Part shown: positions 24,453-36,808 of the stretch, piece by piece | Layout of the letters: each line of letters begins with the position of its first letter | Numbering within the stretch: the first letter of the stretch is position 1 | Source: Octopus vulgaris | Taxonomy: Eukaryota | Length of the DNA stretch: 64,000 bases | Reading direction: 5' to 3' | Assembly: GCA_951406725.2 (NCBI GenBank) | Contig: OX597823.1 | Span: 77,128,001-77,192,000, forward strand | The notes under the pieces: model-generated | Seen by the model: the letters and a program-made list of their open reading frames with translations, nothing else | Told to the model about the DNA's origin: nothing | Database searches by the model: none | Made by a program: the position numbers and the translations under genes

Positions 24453-24489
24453 CTAATAAAAGTTTACAACAACCAACAGAAGCTAGACG

Positions 24490-24832
24490 ATGGAGGAGGA
24501 GGAGAAGAAGAAGAAGAAGGGGTGGATGGGGAAGGGAAGGAGAAGAGGGGACAAGGAAGAGAAGAAAGAGGAGGGGAGGCCAGAGGAGAAGGAGGAAGGG
24601 ATATGAGGTAAAGAAGGAGGGGGAGGGGAGAGATGAGGAGGAGGAAAGGAAGGGTGGGATGGTGATGATGATAAAGAGGAGGAGGAGGGGGAAGGAGAGA
24701 GAAGGAAGAGAAGAGAGGAGGAGGAGGAGCAGATGGTGTGGGATGGTGATGATGATAAGGAGGAGGAGGAGGAGGAGAAGGAAGAAGAGGGGGAGGAGAA
24801 GGAAAGAAGAAGAAAGAGAAGAAGAAGAAGAA
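24490..24832. repeat. Purine-rich (GGA/GAA)n low-complexity tract
   Basis: Direct inspection. Confidence 0.9.
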
Positions 24833-25099
24833 TCTATAGATTTAGAGCTAAAAGAGTTAATACAAATTTTGATTTGAAATTCACCTGTGCATAACATTTA
24901 ATATTTTTCGTTAAATAATTTAGCTGTTAATTTATATATTCATATATTTAGATTTATTCTCAATAATCATAATTTTATTACATAAACAAATTTGTCTAAT
25001 GAAAAACACACAATTTACAAAAATACACAGTAAGAAAATGGCAAAAAGAAAAGGAAAGCAAACATAACAAAACAAAAACAGAAATTATTAAACAGATTA

Positions 25100-25502
25100 G
25101 GCTTAGGAGTGGCTGTGTCATAAGTAGCTTGCTTAACAACCACATGGTTCTGGGTTCAGTCCCACTGCACAGGACCTTGGGCAAGTGTCTTCTACTATAG
25201 CTTTGGACCAACCAAAGCTTTGTGAGTGGATTTGGTAGATGGAAACTGAAAGAAGCCTATTGTATATATGTATATATATATGTGTGTGTATGTATATGTT
25301 TGTGTTTCTGTGTTTGTCTCCCCAACATAGCTTCACAACAGATGGTGGTGTGTTTACATCCCCGTAACTTTGCGGTTCGGCAAAAGAGACTGATAGAATT
25401 AAGTACTAGGCTTACAAAGAATAAGTCCTGGGGTCAATTTGCTAGGCTAAAGGTGGTGCTCCAGCATGGCCGCAGTCAAATGACTGAAACAAGTAAAAGA
25501 GA
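25100..25502 (+). mobile_element. tRNA-headed SINE family A, full length
   Basis: Head, central (TA)/(TG) repeat and CR1-like tail; colinear with 31037-31450. Confidence 0.88.
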
Positions 25503-25696
25503 TTCAGCTTCGAGAAATTCTATCTCACCCTTGCAAGCATGGAAAAATGAACTCTAAAATAATGATGATGATGGTGGTAGTGGTGGTGGTGTTGGTGTTG
25601 GTGGTGGTGGTGGTAATGGTGGTAGTAGTGGGGGTGGGGGTGATACTGATGATGATAATAGTAGTGTTGATGTTGTTACTGTTTCTGTTGTTGCTT

Positions 25697-25727
<31 letters not shown>

Positions 25728-26286
25728 GTGGTGGTGGAAGCTTGACAGTTGTTCTGATCAACCCAATTCTGATCTATATAAGCTGTAAGTTGCTGTCGCT
25801 ATATAAATACTATCAGACTCATTACATTGATTTGCCTGGCGGTGGTGGTGGTGGTGGGGGGGCTTCCATAACTCTGCTAAGATGTCCCTGGGTAGTGGCG
25901 ATGAGGACGATAACACTAATGGAGATAATTTTCCTCAAATTATACATCAAAATAAGAGACATGAGACATTGATACTTCATGATGCTCTGCCTCTAAATGT
26001 CTTGCAATCAGCTCAAGCACTTCATAATATAACCATAGGTAATCATGAGACTGAGAGGTTGAGACAGTCAAGTGTCCTCATAAGGACCATCTCATTTGAA
26101 AACCAGAAACAATGAGTAATAAATCTCACTATACAGTTCTTTTTTATTTTTAAGAGATGAGGAATTATGTACATTATTTACATTATTTACATTTGGTGGA
26201 TATTTGTCCTCATCTTGTTTGTTGTTATCAGGTGTCTTGGGGTAATTTCAAACCTGGGTTCTCATTCCTAAGGTATTTTTCAATGT

Positions 26287-26339
<53 letters not shown>

Positions 26340-26361
26340 TTATTATTATTATTATTATTAT

Positions 26362-26550
26362 TCAATAGTTTTATTTTCATAACGTGCTTTCACTTCACTA
26401 CCGAGCGCAGCTCTGTGTGCCTTGGGAATGTGCTGTGATTTGTTGTGATGCTCTGATTGTTACTGCTTTGAAAGTGTTCTGTGTAGGATGTGTGCAGTGC
26501 CTAGTAGTACAATTTTCTGTATGTTATATGTGTTTGTAAGTCCTGGTGTT
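26362..26550 (-). mobile_element. 3' end of an R4/Dong-like (restriction-like endonuclease) non-LTR retrotransposon
   Basis: Minus strand translates TPGLTNTYNIQKIVLLGTAHILHRTLSKQ*, resembling the conserved R4/Dong C-terminus. A short UTR runs directly into (AAT)n/(AGT)n. Confidence 0.7.
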
Positions 26551-26562
26551 ATTATATTATTA

Positions 26563-28150
26563 CTAGCATTATGACCCATCGTTGCCGGGTCATAGTGCTA
26601 GTGCATGTATATATGTGTATATATATGTGTACATATTACATGTACGTCTGTATATATACATCTACACATAAAATACAAAATACAAAGTTATATCTTGATA
26701 TCACTAGTGATAACAATACTCAAAATATATAACAGACTGAAATTGTAGGCCCATCTCTTGCAATTTCGATCAATTGTATCTTTTCCTCCCTAAGTGTGGC
26801 TACAATCCAGGCTACCTCTACTTCTGGGGGGACATTTCAAATTTTTATCTGGGACGTAGTACGTCCCAGATACAAAGGTAAAAATAAAATATTTCCACTT
26901 TGCAAGGTTCGAGTTGAATACTCCCTTGCACGCTCCGTTGACTCAAACCTTGCTTCTATGGTGACGACGAATTTACCGCCTCTGGTTAGATACTTGATAT
27001 CTTTCATAGTCGCACCAAGACACTTTTCGATGGTGCTTTCCTCCAGGTGTTAAAATCTTTTTTTCTCTCTACATTGTATACTTTATAGACAATAGTCTTT
27101 TCTTTAATTTAATTTTTTATTTCGTTTGGTGGTGTCGATGATCAATCCAAAATAGGTTTGTATTTCTTCCATTTTAATTTCAATGAGTTTGCGCCCGCCG
27201 ACGGCTGCAGCGAAATTCATTTTTAGACTTTCTTCTATTGAAGGCATTCTAACAAAAATGCTTCTGTATAAACGGTGAAAATATTGTCAATTTCTCCAAA
27301 CAGGGACACAATTCAATTTTTAAACAATAACCAAAACTCTTTCTCCCAAAGGGGGAGTGTTACAGTTTACAACTATTTAACAAATGCAAAACAATAACAT
27401 TTCCCTTACGAGGAACCAACAAACATGATAACAATAGTTAAACAGTAATAATAATAACAACAACCCTTACAGTGAATCAAAAAGCAGTACGTAGTTGAAG
27501 CTATAGTCCTTTATTTATAAGAAATAAACCAACAGCAGTACTCAGTAGAAGCGACTGTTCGACAAAACAGACATTACACACAGCCAAACTTCATATAGAT
27601 ACTTAATGCTAGCTAATTAGCAGATAATCTAATGTAAAAGCCGTGGTAAATGGTATGTGCACAGCTCCATCTGGACTATTCCATTTCTGCACTTAAATTT
27701 TATTTTTTATTTATTCCCATTCATGTGAAACCACTTATTCAAGTTCAAGTCATTGATGCAATTTTATACCAATTGCTATTTTTACTTTTGTTATGTTACG
27801 ATTATATTATACTTTAGTTTGATTTTAATTATTATTTACGACATATAATTCAATTGTTATTATTATCTCTAATTTCTATTGTTAAAGTGAAAGTATCTGA
27901 CATAAAATAGAGAATAGTTTTTGTCTCACATTTAACACATAATACTGAAATAGTGGAGAAGATATGATATTGCTATGGGCGCCCCCTAGGCAAGAAGTTG
28001 AACATTTTTTTTGCCCATGAAACTACATGGACCTTAAGTAAGGCATGTGTAAATTTTGAATGAAATTGGTTGAGTACTTCTCAAGTTTTAGGGAAACACA
28101 CAGACAGATAGACAGACAAACACACATTCTCAGTTTTATATATATAAAGA
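26563..28150 (-). mobile_element. Non-autonomous Helitron-like element carrying an ORF1 fragment
   Basis: Minus strand starts A|TCTTTATATATATAAAA (28150) and ends with hairpin TATGACCC...GGGTCATA plus CTAG|T (26563). The 5' part is repeated at 28670-28792. Confidence 0.6.
26740..27172 (-). pseudogene. Decayed ORF1 fragment homologous to the 13432-14823 protein
   Basis: EKTIVYKVYNVERK..HLEESTIEKCLGATMKDIKYLTRGGKF..TIEARFESTERAREYSTRTLQSGNILFLPLYLGRTTSQIKI*NVPPEVEVAWIVA aligns by eye with EKRIITYRTWSV..EVEEIEKCLQEIKGKTTFYNRGRKYATVDIRFENKDEAK..LLPSYCGKRAVRIRISKISSELDTERIVA. Confidence 0.75.
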
Positions 28151-28539
28151 TTTTGATTGTTAATTGTTTAAATCACTTTCCATTGCTTTCGGGTTTTTTT
28201 ACACGAGTAACAATTAAATTAATTTAACAATTAAAAAAAAAAAATTAGGGTTAGGGTTAGTTACAGGATGTTGTCTCAGTTTTAGACACAGCTAATGTTG
28301 TTTACCTAAATGGAGGTAATCGATTGGTTAAAATTGCCAAAATACTCGGATTTTCAGACGAAATATCTTACAACATATAGAATTTTCTCAATAAAGCCAA
28401 GAAAAAATTATGTTTTATAAACACATTCTACCAGTATACGAAGTTTTAAAGTGTTTAGTTGACTAGAAATTGTGTTGAAATCTGACTATCAAAAGGAAAA
28501 AATCTATTATTGTTATTATTATTACTATTATTATTATTG

Positions 28540-28658
28540 TTCAGGTCACTGCTTGGAATTGAACTCGGAATCTTAGAGTTAGTAGCCCACGCTCTTAACC
28601 ACATAGCCCACGGGCATATGGTATAGTGGCTAAGAGCGTGGGCTACTAACCCCAAGAT
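28540..28658. repeat. Head-to-head inverted pair of tRNA-like SINE heads
   Basis: AATCTTAGAGTTAGTAGCCCACGCTCTTAACCAC / GTGGCTAAGAGCGTGGGCTACTAACCCCAAGATT. The minus copy has B-box GAGTTCAATTCC and runs into (AAT)n. Confidence 0.7.
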
Positions 28659-28820
28659 TTTTTTAGTCGATGACACTTCCCAGACCCTAAGTAAGGCATG
28701 TGTAAAATTTGAATGAAATTGGTGGTGTACTTCTCAAGTTTTAGGGAAACACACAGACAGACACACATTCTCGATTTTATAGATAGAGAGATCATTATTA
28801 TTATTAATAAGATAGAGAGA

Positions 28821-28867
<47 letters not shown>

Positions 28868-30531
28868 TATTATTATTATTTTTATTATTATTATTATCAT
28901 TCAGGTTACTACCTGGAATTGATTGTAGAACATGGATCTTGTATTAGACCTACGAACCATCAGTCTGGGTCTCTGCCAGGAATTGAACTCAGAATCTTAT
29001 CTTTATACTGTGTACATTAAATGATATTTATCTCTCACTGAAACATTTTGCAAATTTGCAGACAATATCTGTCAAGGTAGTGAGCTGGCAGAAATGCTAG
29101 CATGCTGGGCGAAATGCTTAACAGTATTTCATCCATCTTTACATTCTGCTGTTACATTCTGAGTTCAAATTCCGCCGAGGTCGACTTTGCCTTTCATCCT
29201 TTTGGGGTCGATAAATTAAGTACCAGTTGCGTACTGGGGTCGGTCTAATTGACTGTCCCCCCACTAAAAAAAAATTTTCAGGCATGGCACTTACAGTAGA
29301 AAATAATATTTTCCTGTCATTACATTGAATGATCTAGCATACATCTACGTGTATATATATGTTCGTGCGTATAGATGAAAGCATTCAGGATTATACTTAT
29401 ATAACAGCATTGCAATGGTGTAGTCATATGCAAATATATTTAGGTGTATAGGTAAGCATGTGTACGTATGTGTAGTAAATATATCTATACATTGTGTATT
29501 TGTTGTATGTATACCTAGGAATGTATGTGCATGTGTGTGTAAATTTTCAATCAGTTATATTTACAACTATAATAAGAATAATTTTCTTGTGATTGCCGAC
29601 ATAATTTCTGTTCAAACATTCTTTCTGGCTCGTCTTATTAAATATATTAAATGTTTATTTCCACTAAATTAATTATGGCATCTCACATTTAATTTACTGT
29701 TCAATAGCTTCAGTAGAGAGTGGATTTTGTTTACATTCTGTTTCAAATTACTGCTTATGTAGACAGACAACCCATCTGATATTATCAAATGCAGCCGAGA
29801 AAAAAACACACCAGATATCCATAAAATACTTGTAATATTTCATAATATGCACCCAGTGTCCCATACTTCATTTATGTATATGAAAATACATGTGTATGTA
29901 TTTTCATATATATATGTGTGTGTGTGTGTGCATGTATAAATGTATACGTATGCATCTGCATAGTTTTTGTTCATTTGCTTTTTTGTAGTTTTTTTTTTCT
30001 TTCTCTTTCTTTTCTCTCCTCTTCTCCTATTGGTTTTATCACTTACACTATCTTTCCTTGCAAATAAAAATAATCTCATTCTTATGCTTTGACTTTCCCA
30101 ATATAATGCTTGATCAGCTGTAAAATCATCCGCAAAAACATGAAATTTGTTAGCCCCAATTAGACTCCTTGGTGGCCACACCATAAATTCGATTTTGTAA
30201 ATAACGAAATGATCTTGAAATCACACCCCAATCTATTTACTATGGCAATGTGTAAGTAGGACATTTGAATGGCTCTACCAATCCTATTTTCCACTCCCCT
30301 CTTTGATTCTTAAAATGTACATCTTTTCCTAACCCTTTTTTTTTTTTTGTATAATTCCTTGCAGCAAATAATTTCAAACAGAATATCCAGATGCACCTAA
30401 TGGAAAAGGACGCCAGATATCTATAAAACATTAGTAATGTTTCAATATATGTACCAAATGACCCTTTTGAGATGTATACAATGTTATACTTGAGTACTTC
30501 ATTCCGTTTCATTTATCAACATGACTATCAC

Positions 30532-30903
30532 ATAGAAGCACTCCGTCGGTTACGACGATGAGGGTTAATCCGAATCAACGGAACAGCCTGCTCGTGAAAT
30601 TAACGTGTAAGTGGCTGAGCACTCCACAGACACGTGTACCCTTAACGTAGTTCTCGGGGATATTCAGCGTGACACAGAGAGTGACAAGGCCGGCCCTTTG
30701 AAATACAGGTACAACAGAAACAGGAAGTAAGAGTGAGAGAAAGTTGTGGTGAAAGAGTACAGCAGGTATATACATTCATGTGTGTGTGTATGTTTAGGTG
30801 TTTTCGCTCAATAAACACTCACAACGCCCGGTCTGGGAATCGAAACCGTGATCCTACGACCGTGAGTCCGCTGCCCTAACCACTGGGCCATTGCGCCTCC
30901 ACA
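30532..30903 (-). mobile_element. tRNA-headed SINE family D with TSD
   Basis: Head TGGAGGCGCAATGGCCCAGTGGTTAGGG...GGTTTCGATTCCC; 11-bp TSD ATGACTATCAC (30521-30531, 30904-30914); nearly identical to 61571-61951. Confidence 0.88.
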
Positions 30904-31036
30904 ATGACTATCACGTAATAAACAGCATTTGTAGCTTTCAAACAGGAGTTACATAACATCTGACATCATGTTGGAATTTTCTGGTAAATGAAAATAGTAA
31001 AAGAGATCAACAATCATTTGTTTGTACATTCTTATA

Positions 31037-31450
31037 GGCGTAGGAGTGGCTGTGTGGTAAGTAGCTAGTTTACAAACCACATGGTTCCAGGTTCAGTCCC
31101 ACTGCATGGCACCTTGAGTAAGTGTCTCCGACTATAGCCTTGGCTGACCAAAGCCTTGTGAGTGGATTTGGTAGACAGAAACTGAAAGAAGCCAGTCGTA
31201 TTTATGTGTATATATATGTATGTGTGTGTATGTGTTTGTGTGTCTGTGTTTGTCCCCACAAGATTGCTTGACAACCGATGGTGATGTGTTTACATCCCTG
31301 TAACTTAGCGGTTTGGCAAAAGAGACCAATAGAATAAGTACTAGGCTTACAAAGAATAAGTCCCGGGGCCGATTTGCTTCACTAAAGGCAGTGTTCCAGC
31401 ATGGTCACAGTCAAATGACTGGAACAAGTAAAAGAGTAAAAGAGTAAACG
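31037..31450 (+). mobile_element. tRNA-headed SINE family A, full length (others: 20910-21210-, 22323-22630+, 32655-33320-, 38005-38395-, 39780-40186-, 46218-46625+, 50110-50530-, 54575-55050+, 62245-62660-)
   Basis: More than 12 colinear copies in the window with a Pol III-like head, central microsatellite and (GTAAAAGA)n tail. Confidence 0.9.
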
Positions 31451-31644
31451 AGCAGTCACTGGAAACAATGATGTATAATAAATATATTCTTAGCACCAGA
31501 GTTTAGCATTAAAAAACATAGCATTAGAGAATATTTCCTTTAAGAGGAAATGCATTTACCAATATACGCTCACTTGCAACCACACTCACATACATACATA
31601 AATACATAAGATACTACCACACACGTATGTATGCATAAGTGTAT

Positions 31645-31920
31645 ATATGTTTCTTCCTTCTCAAGCCATGCCTGGCTCATAGGGCTAGTTTCCTGGTTTC
31701 TTTGGCGTATAGGTTCCCCACCTGGACAAGATGCTGTGCCATCGAAGGTGAGCTGCAAGATGCGGAAGGAAAGAGTGAGAGAAAATTGTGGCAAAAGAGT
31801 CACCATGTGGAGCTTAGGCGTTTTGCTCATAAACACACACATTGCACGGTCTGAGATTCGAACCCATGATCCCTCAACCGTGAGTCCACTGCTGTAACCA
31901 CTAGGCCATGTACTTCCATG
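31645..31920 (-). mobile_element. SINE related to family D head (relatives 54325-54540+, 56300-56550-, 63580-63850+)
   Basis: Minus strand TGGAAGTACATGGCCTAGTGGTTA...GGTTCGAATCTC tRNA-like head; shared body and tail ...CATGGCTTGAGAAGGAA. Confidence 0.7.
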
Positions 31921-32819
31921 TGTATATATACATGTGTGTATATGTTTATATGTGTATGCATGTACGTATGTATGTATGTTAATCCATGCACATGTAACAC
32001 TGCTATCTTTAATGCTACTATCTGTTTCTTCTCTAACCATGTAGCTTTATGCTTTAGGGTCAGTCCCACTCAGTGGTGGCTTGTGTATAGGCACTGCAGA
32101 ACAGTAGCACCCCTTATTTCCACTTGATATTATCGTTAACATTCAATATAATGAGTCCTGTTTTTCTTTAATTCTTTCTTTAAACTTGTACATTATATAA
32201 TCCTTAAGCTTAATGTCAGTAGCCATCCCCTAGTTTATGAACAAAATACAAAAACCATTGTATAAAATTGTGCATTTCACAGTTCCAGCGCTGTAGTGTT
32301 TGGTTGCTGTGTGCATGCTCATATGTTTGAGATAGAAAGCTTCATGCTAGGGAGAGAGAGCGCTGCATGAACAACAATGCCAACTTTTGTGTTCCAGTGA
32401 AAGGTAGTGTCTCTTTTTGACTCCACGTCTGTTATGTTTAAAAATATGTTTTATATTCTTGAATGTAATAAAATGTAGATTTAGACTATTATCCTGCTTC
32501 CAGGTTCAGTGTTGCTTCCAGGATTTGAAAAATAAGGCACATTTTCCTCCTTTATTTTGTGATTTAAAGGGGATGTGTGAAAAACAAGAGGTGTTTAGCA
32601 GTGGTGTTTAGTAAACAAATTAATCACTACTTGGCTGTGGTTAAAATGCAAACTCTTTTACTCTTTTACTTGTTTCAGTCATTTGACTGAGGTTATGCTG
32701 GAGCACTGCCTTTAGTGGAGCAAATCAACCCCAGGACTTATTCTTTCGGTCTCTTTTGCCAAACTGCTAAGTTACAGGGACTTAAACACACCAGCACACA
32801 AACATATCCACACACATGC

Positions 32820-32850
<31 letters not shown>

Positions 32851-33123
32851 TATATTATATGCATACATACATATATATATATATATATATAGATAGATAG
32901 ATAGCTATATATAGGACGCCATGATAGATCATTAGCTCCTACATGCATTTTTTCTCTCCTTGTTTCTCTCCTTGATTTTTTCTGTGTATCTTTCTGTCGA
33001 AGAGCGTAGCCTTGAAACGTAAAAGACTTGTTCTATTTCTATTCCTGAGCACCATACTAATACATTTGTTTGTTTGTACTCCACCTGTCTTCGTCTTTTG
33101 TTTATTTTCGTAAACCTTCCCGT

Positions 33124-33155
<32 letters not shown>

Positions 33156-34280
33156 TACAACGAGCTTCTTTCAGTTTCCATCTACCAAATCCACTCACAA
33201 AGCTTTGGTCAGCCTGAAGCTATAGTAGAAGACACTTGCCTAAGGTGCCATGCTGTGGGACTGAACCCGGAACCATGTGATTGGTAAGCAAGCTATTTAC
33301 CAGACAGCCACTCCTATACCTGATCAAGTTTATGTATAAATTTTCTTTTTATATGTTTGTTTCCTTTTACACAATATTAAAACAACGGCTAAAAATTTTC
33401 TGAAGCAGCAACCACATTACTTCTATCTACAAGCCACCACTGTTCCCACTTTAGAGGATCATGAATAAATGTGTTCTATTATAGGCCCATGCTGACCAAA
33501 GCCATGTGAACGTATTGCTTGATGGAGACTGAAGGAAGCCTGTCTAAGGTGTGTGTGTGTGTGCATGCATCTATGTGTGTCCCTTTGTCTGGATATCACA
33601 TGATGGTTGCTAACAAGCATCAGCATCAGACAAATGGTGCCATTTGTCTCCAGTCTTTTCTGGCTATGATAAAATATTAAATTGTTTGGATACTCTTGTG
33701 TGGACACCCCCAGAAGATAAAGTAGGCTAGCCCAATATGTAGATATAGAGGGAGAAGTCTAGATGTCAGGTGTTGAGTAGAGGTCATCGGAACATGTGAT
33801 ATAACAGATACATGTATGGGTTGACTAAGGGAAGGGCATCTAACTGTAAAAGATCTGCCTCATTGATTACCATCTGACCCAAGCAAGTATGGAAAAGTAG
33901 ATGTTGAACAATGATGATGACGATGGTGATGACAACATTGATGATGATTATAATGAGAGATAAATGTAATTGCTTTTATTCTCATTACAGGTTAAATTTC
34001 AATTCATTAACTAATTTTGGCACTCACTACTTTCACTGTGTTATTCATCACTTCACTCTAAGTTCTTTTGGCAGGGTAGATTTGAGGAAAAATTTATCAT
34101 GCCATTATTTAAATGGTTTAATCGAATAACAAAATCTATGAGTTACATGCTAAACTGTTTGACTAATCATTTCATGAGTTATCGCTACACATATCGAAGT
34201 GCAACCATATTTTCCACTACGTGTTTTATTAAATTTTTAATTAATTAAAAATCTAAAGTTGTGTCCCTTGACTTGCCTAT

Positions 34281-34653
34281 TAACTATTAATATCCAGTAA
34301 CGCTGCTGTAATCTCCTTTAGAGAGACTTAGTAATTTTAATATTTCTATTATTGAAAACAAGTGGATGTATTCCACTGTAACTAGGTAAATAAAATCTTC
34401 GAACAGACGGTCAGTAGCGACACCTGCGGGTCTGACTACGCTGCATTGATAAAGGGCAACAACCCTGAAACATGTCTGCAGATGTCTGACTAGCAAGGTG
34501 AAACGGCTGACCTCCCTGTTCGAAGGTTGTAATGGACGCAGGTTCGTGTGTCATATAGCTAGCTAGAGGCGGTGGCCTCTTGGAGCTAATCAGCGACAGC
34601 TTTAGTCTTATATTTATAGATTGCCATATTAGTATGGCGATAACTATTAATAT
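34281..34653 (+). repeat. 360-bp retrozyme-like monomer with 13-nt terminal redundancy; diverged relative of the 357-bp unit
   Basis: TAACTATTAATAT at 34281 and 34641; colinear similarity to the reverse complement of 15079-15429; HHR at 34441-34481 CTGCA-tTGATaA-AGGG caacaa CCCT-GAAAC-at-GTC-TGCAG. Confidence 0.75.
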
Positions 34654-34837
34654 ATATATATATTGTTTGTTTTTTCTCGAGCCATGCCCGGCTAAGGTCC
34701 CATCCAGGTTCCCCACCTGTGTGTGTGTGACAGGTTCCTTTCAGTTTCTGTCTACCAATTGAATGCTGCTTCAAGTTTCTCACCTCTCTCACCTTCCCCC
34801 TTTCTCTCTCTCCTCTGTCTATCTATCTGTCTAACTG

Positions 34838-34890
<53 letters not shown>

Positions 34891-35718
34891 ATGTCTGTCT
34901 TTCTATCTATCTCTATCTCTCTCAAGCTTGATGCATGACTGGATCAATAGTGAGGTGAGCCAAAGTTTGTCTATTTCTGCTCACAGCTACAGAGGTACCT
35001 AAAACAATTATCAAATACTCAATACATGTTACCAAGCCATAGCTATTCACAAATGACTGCTGGTTCTTATATTATCGACTGTTGAATTGTGTCAAATGAA
35101 TGATGGGGCAGAATTCAATAAATGTTGTTGATTATAATTCATGTAATGAATCCAGAACAGTAAGAATCCAAACAATAGCACCTATTCCTTCTGGATATGT
35201 TCTGGCAGATCTGAAAGTGAATATTTGATCACTGTTGGGTTTTCTTACCTTTTTTTCTTTTTTGTTTTTGTCATTGGAGAATACCTCCTCCCTTTTGACA
35301 ATTTGCGCTCATAACACTTGGTTCATTTGTGTAAGAAAACTTTGAGATATTGCAGTGTTTCAACCTCATTGTGTGTCTCCTCAGTCAAAATCTCCTTGAT
35401 CGACAGCTGAATCCCAGAAGACTATGATTTCTTGTTTATAGGTATCAACAAACAATTCTGATGCATGCAGATTTCTTCTAAGCAGGAAATAACTTACGCA
35501 GTGCATACAGAACAGTGATAGTCCAAGTAATAATATATATGTATTCATACTTAATATGTTCTGGCAGATAGCTGACCTTGTACCAAAATTTGAAACCCAA
35601 TATATTCTCATAGATTCCAGATTCAAATGTGAATATCTCATCACTGTTGTTTTGCATCACGTAATCACACCTTCTTATCACTGTTGTTTCTCATCATGTG
35701 ATAACAATGTTCGTAATA

Positions 35719-36808
35719 TTCGGTTGGCAACTAAGTTCCGATCGTTTTATTTAATTTTGTTATTTATTGCATTTTTAAATTTGGGAATTTTTTTTCTTTC
35801 TTTGAGAATTCTATTTTTGAATCATTTTGGAATCTATTTTGTGTTTTTTTTCTACTTAACTTCAGTTAATTTTTGTTTATTTTTAGATCATTAAAATGGC
35901 ATGTCAAGTTAAGAAAAACAAGCATTTTTGACACCTCCTTCTTTTTGCTTTTAATCAAGGTTCTAACGCTGCAAAAGCTGCTCGTGACATTTGTGCTGTG
36001 TATGGAGAGGGTGCTATAGAGAAGCATCTTTACTCGATGAGAAAGGTTCAGAAGTATGGAGCTTGGGTTCTGCATGCTTTAAGTAACACCAACAAAAATC
36101 AACGAGCCACAATCTCCACTGGTTTGCTTGCTTGTCACCGCTCAACTCATGGACACAAGCAACAATTTCTTTACTGAATTGTTACTGGCGATGAAAAATG
36201 GTGACTGTACATCAATATGAAGCAGCGTAAGGAATGGCTTAGCCCCAGTAAGCAAGAGACACCGCGCATCAAACAAGATCTTCATCCGTGTAAAACGATG
36301 TTGTGCATATGGTGAGACTGGGAAGGGATTATCCATTACGAATTGCTTGAATGGAACCAGACAGTCAATGTTCAAGAGATGAAATGACTGAACACGGCTA
36401 TTGAAGAGAAACGACCTAATCAGCAGCATGGAGTTCTTCTGCTGCACAACAACGCCTGCCCTCATATTGCCAATATGACCAAGGAAGCCATTCAAGCACA
36501 TGGCTGGGAAGTGCTGCCACACCCACCGTACTCTCTTGATTTGGTACTAACAGATTTCCACCTCTTTCGATCTCTGTCAAATGCCATGTGCAGAGTTTTG
36601 TTCAACATTGAGAGCAAAATTGAGAGCTTGTTTGGATCAATTTTTCGACTCGAAATTAGGTGATTTCTACCAACAAGGTATTGAAAATCTTGTTGAACAT
36701 TGGGAAGAAGTCGTAAACAACAAGGGTGAATACATTATTGATTAATTAGTTGTTATTTTTTATTAAATTTAAATTTTAAAAAACGCGGGAACATAGTTGC
36801 CAACACTA
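35719..36808 (+). mobile_element. Mariner (Tc1/mariner) transposon with both TIRs and a decayed transposase
   Basis: TA-flanked TIRs ..GTTGGCAACTAAGTTCC / GGAACATAGTTGCCAAC..; motifs GAWVLHAL, IVTGDEKW, LLHNNACPH, HPPYSLDL..DFHLFRSL, with stops and an internal deletion. Confidence 0.92.

Noticed and set aside
25560-26115. Possible host exon (P/Q/H-rich on the minus strand, or the 77-aa plus ORF)
   Set aside because: In-frame stops, low-complexity origin, and no recognisable domain or convincing splice pair.
28245-28260. Telomeric TTAGGG repeats
   Set aside because: Fewer than three units, embedded in interspersed repeat sequence.
28540-28603. tRNA genes (also the SINE heads at 30840-30900 and 54325-54400)
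   Set aside because: A/B boxes are present, but I could not build a full cloverleaf with an acceptor stem, and each head continues into repeat sequence.
30040-30215. Possible minus-strand exon ending at a GTAAGT donor
   Set aside because: Weak acceptor, unrecognised peptide and no partner exons.
35380-35520. Possible old mariner fragment (IIVFWDS) on the minus strand
   Set aside because: One short motif only, with no TIRs.
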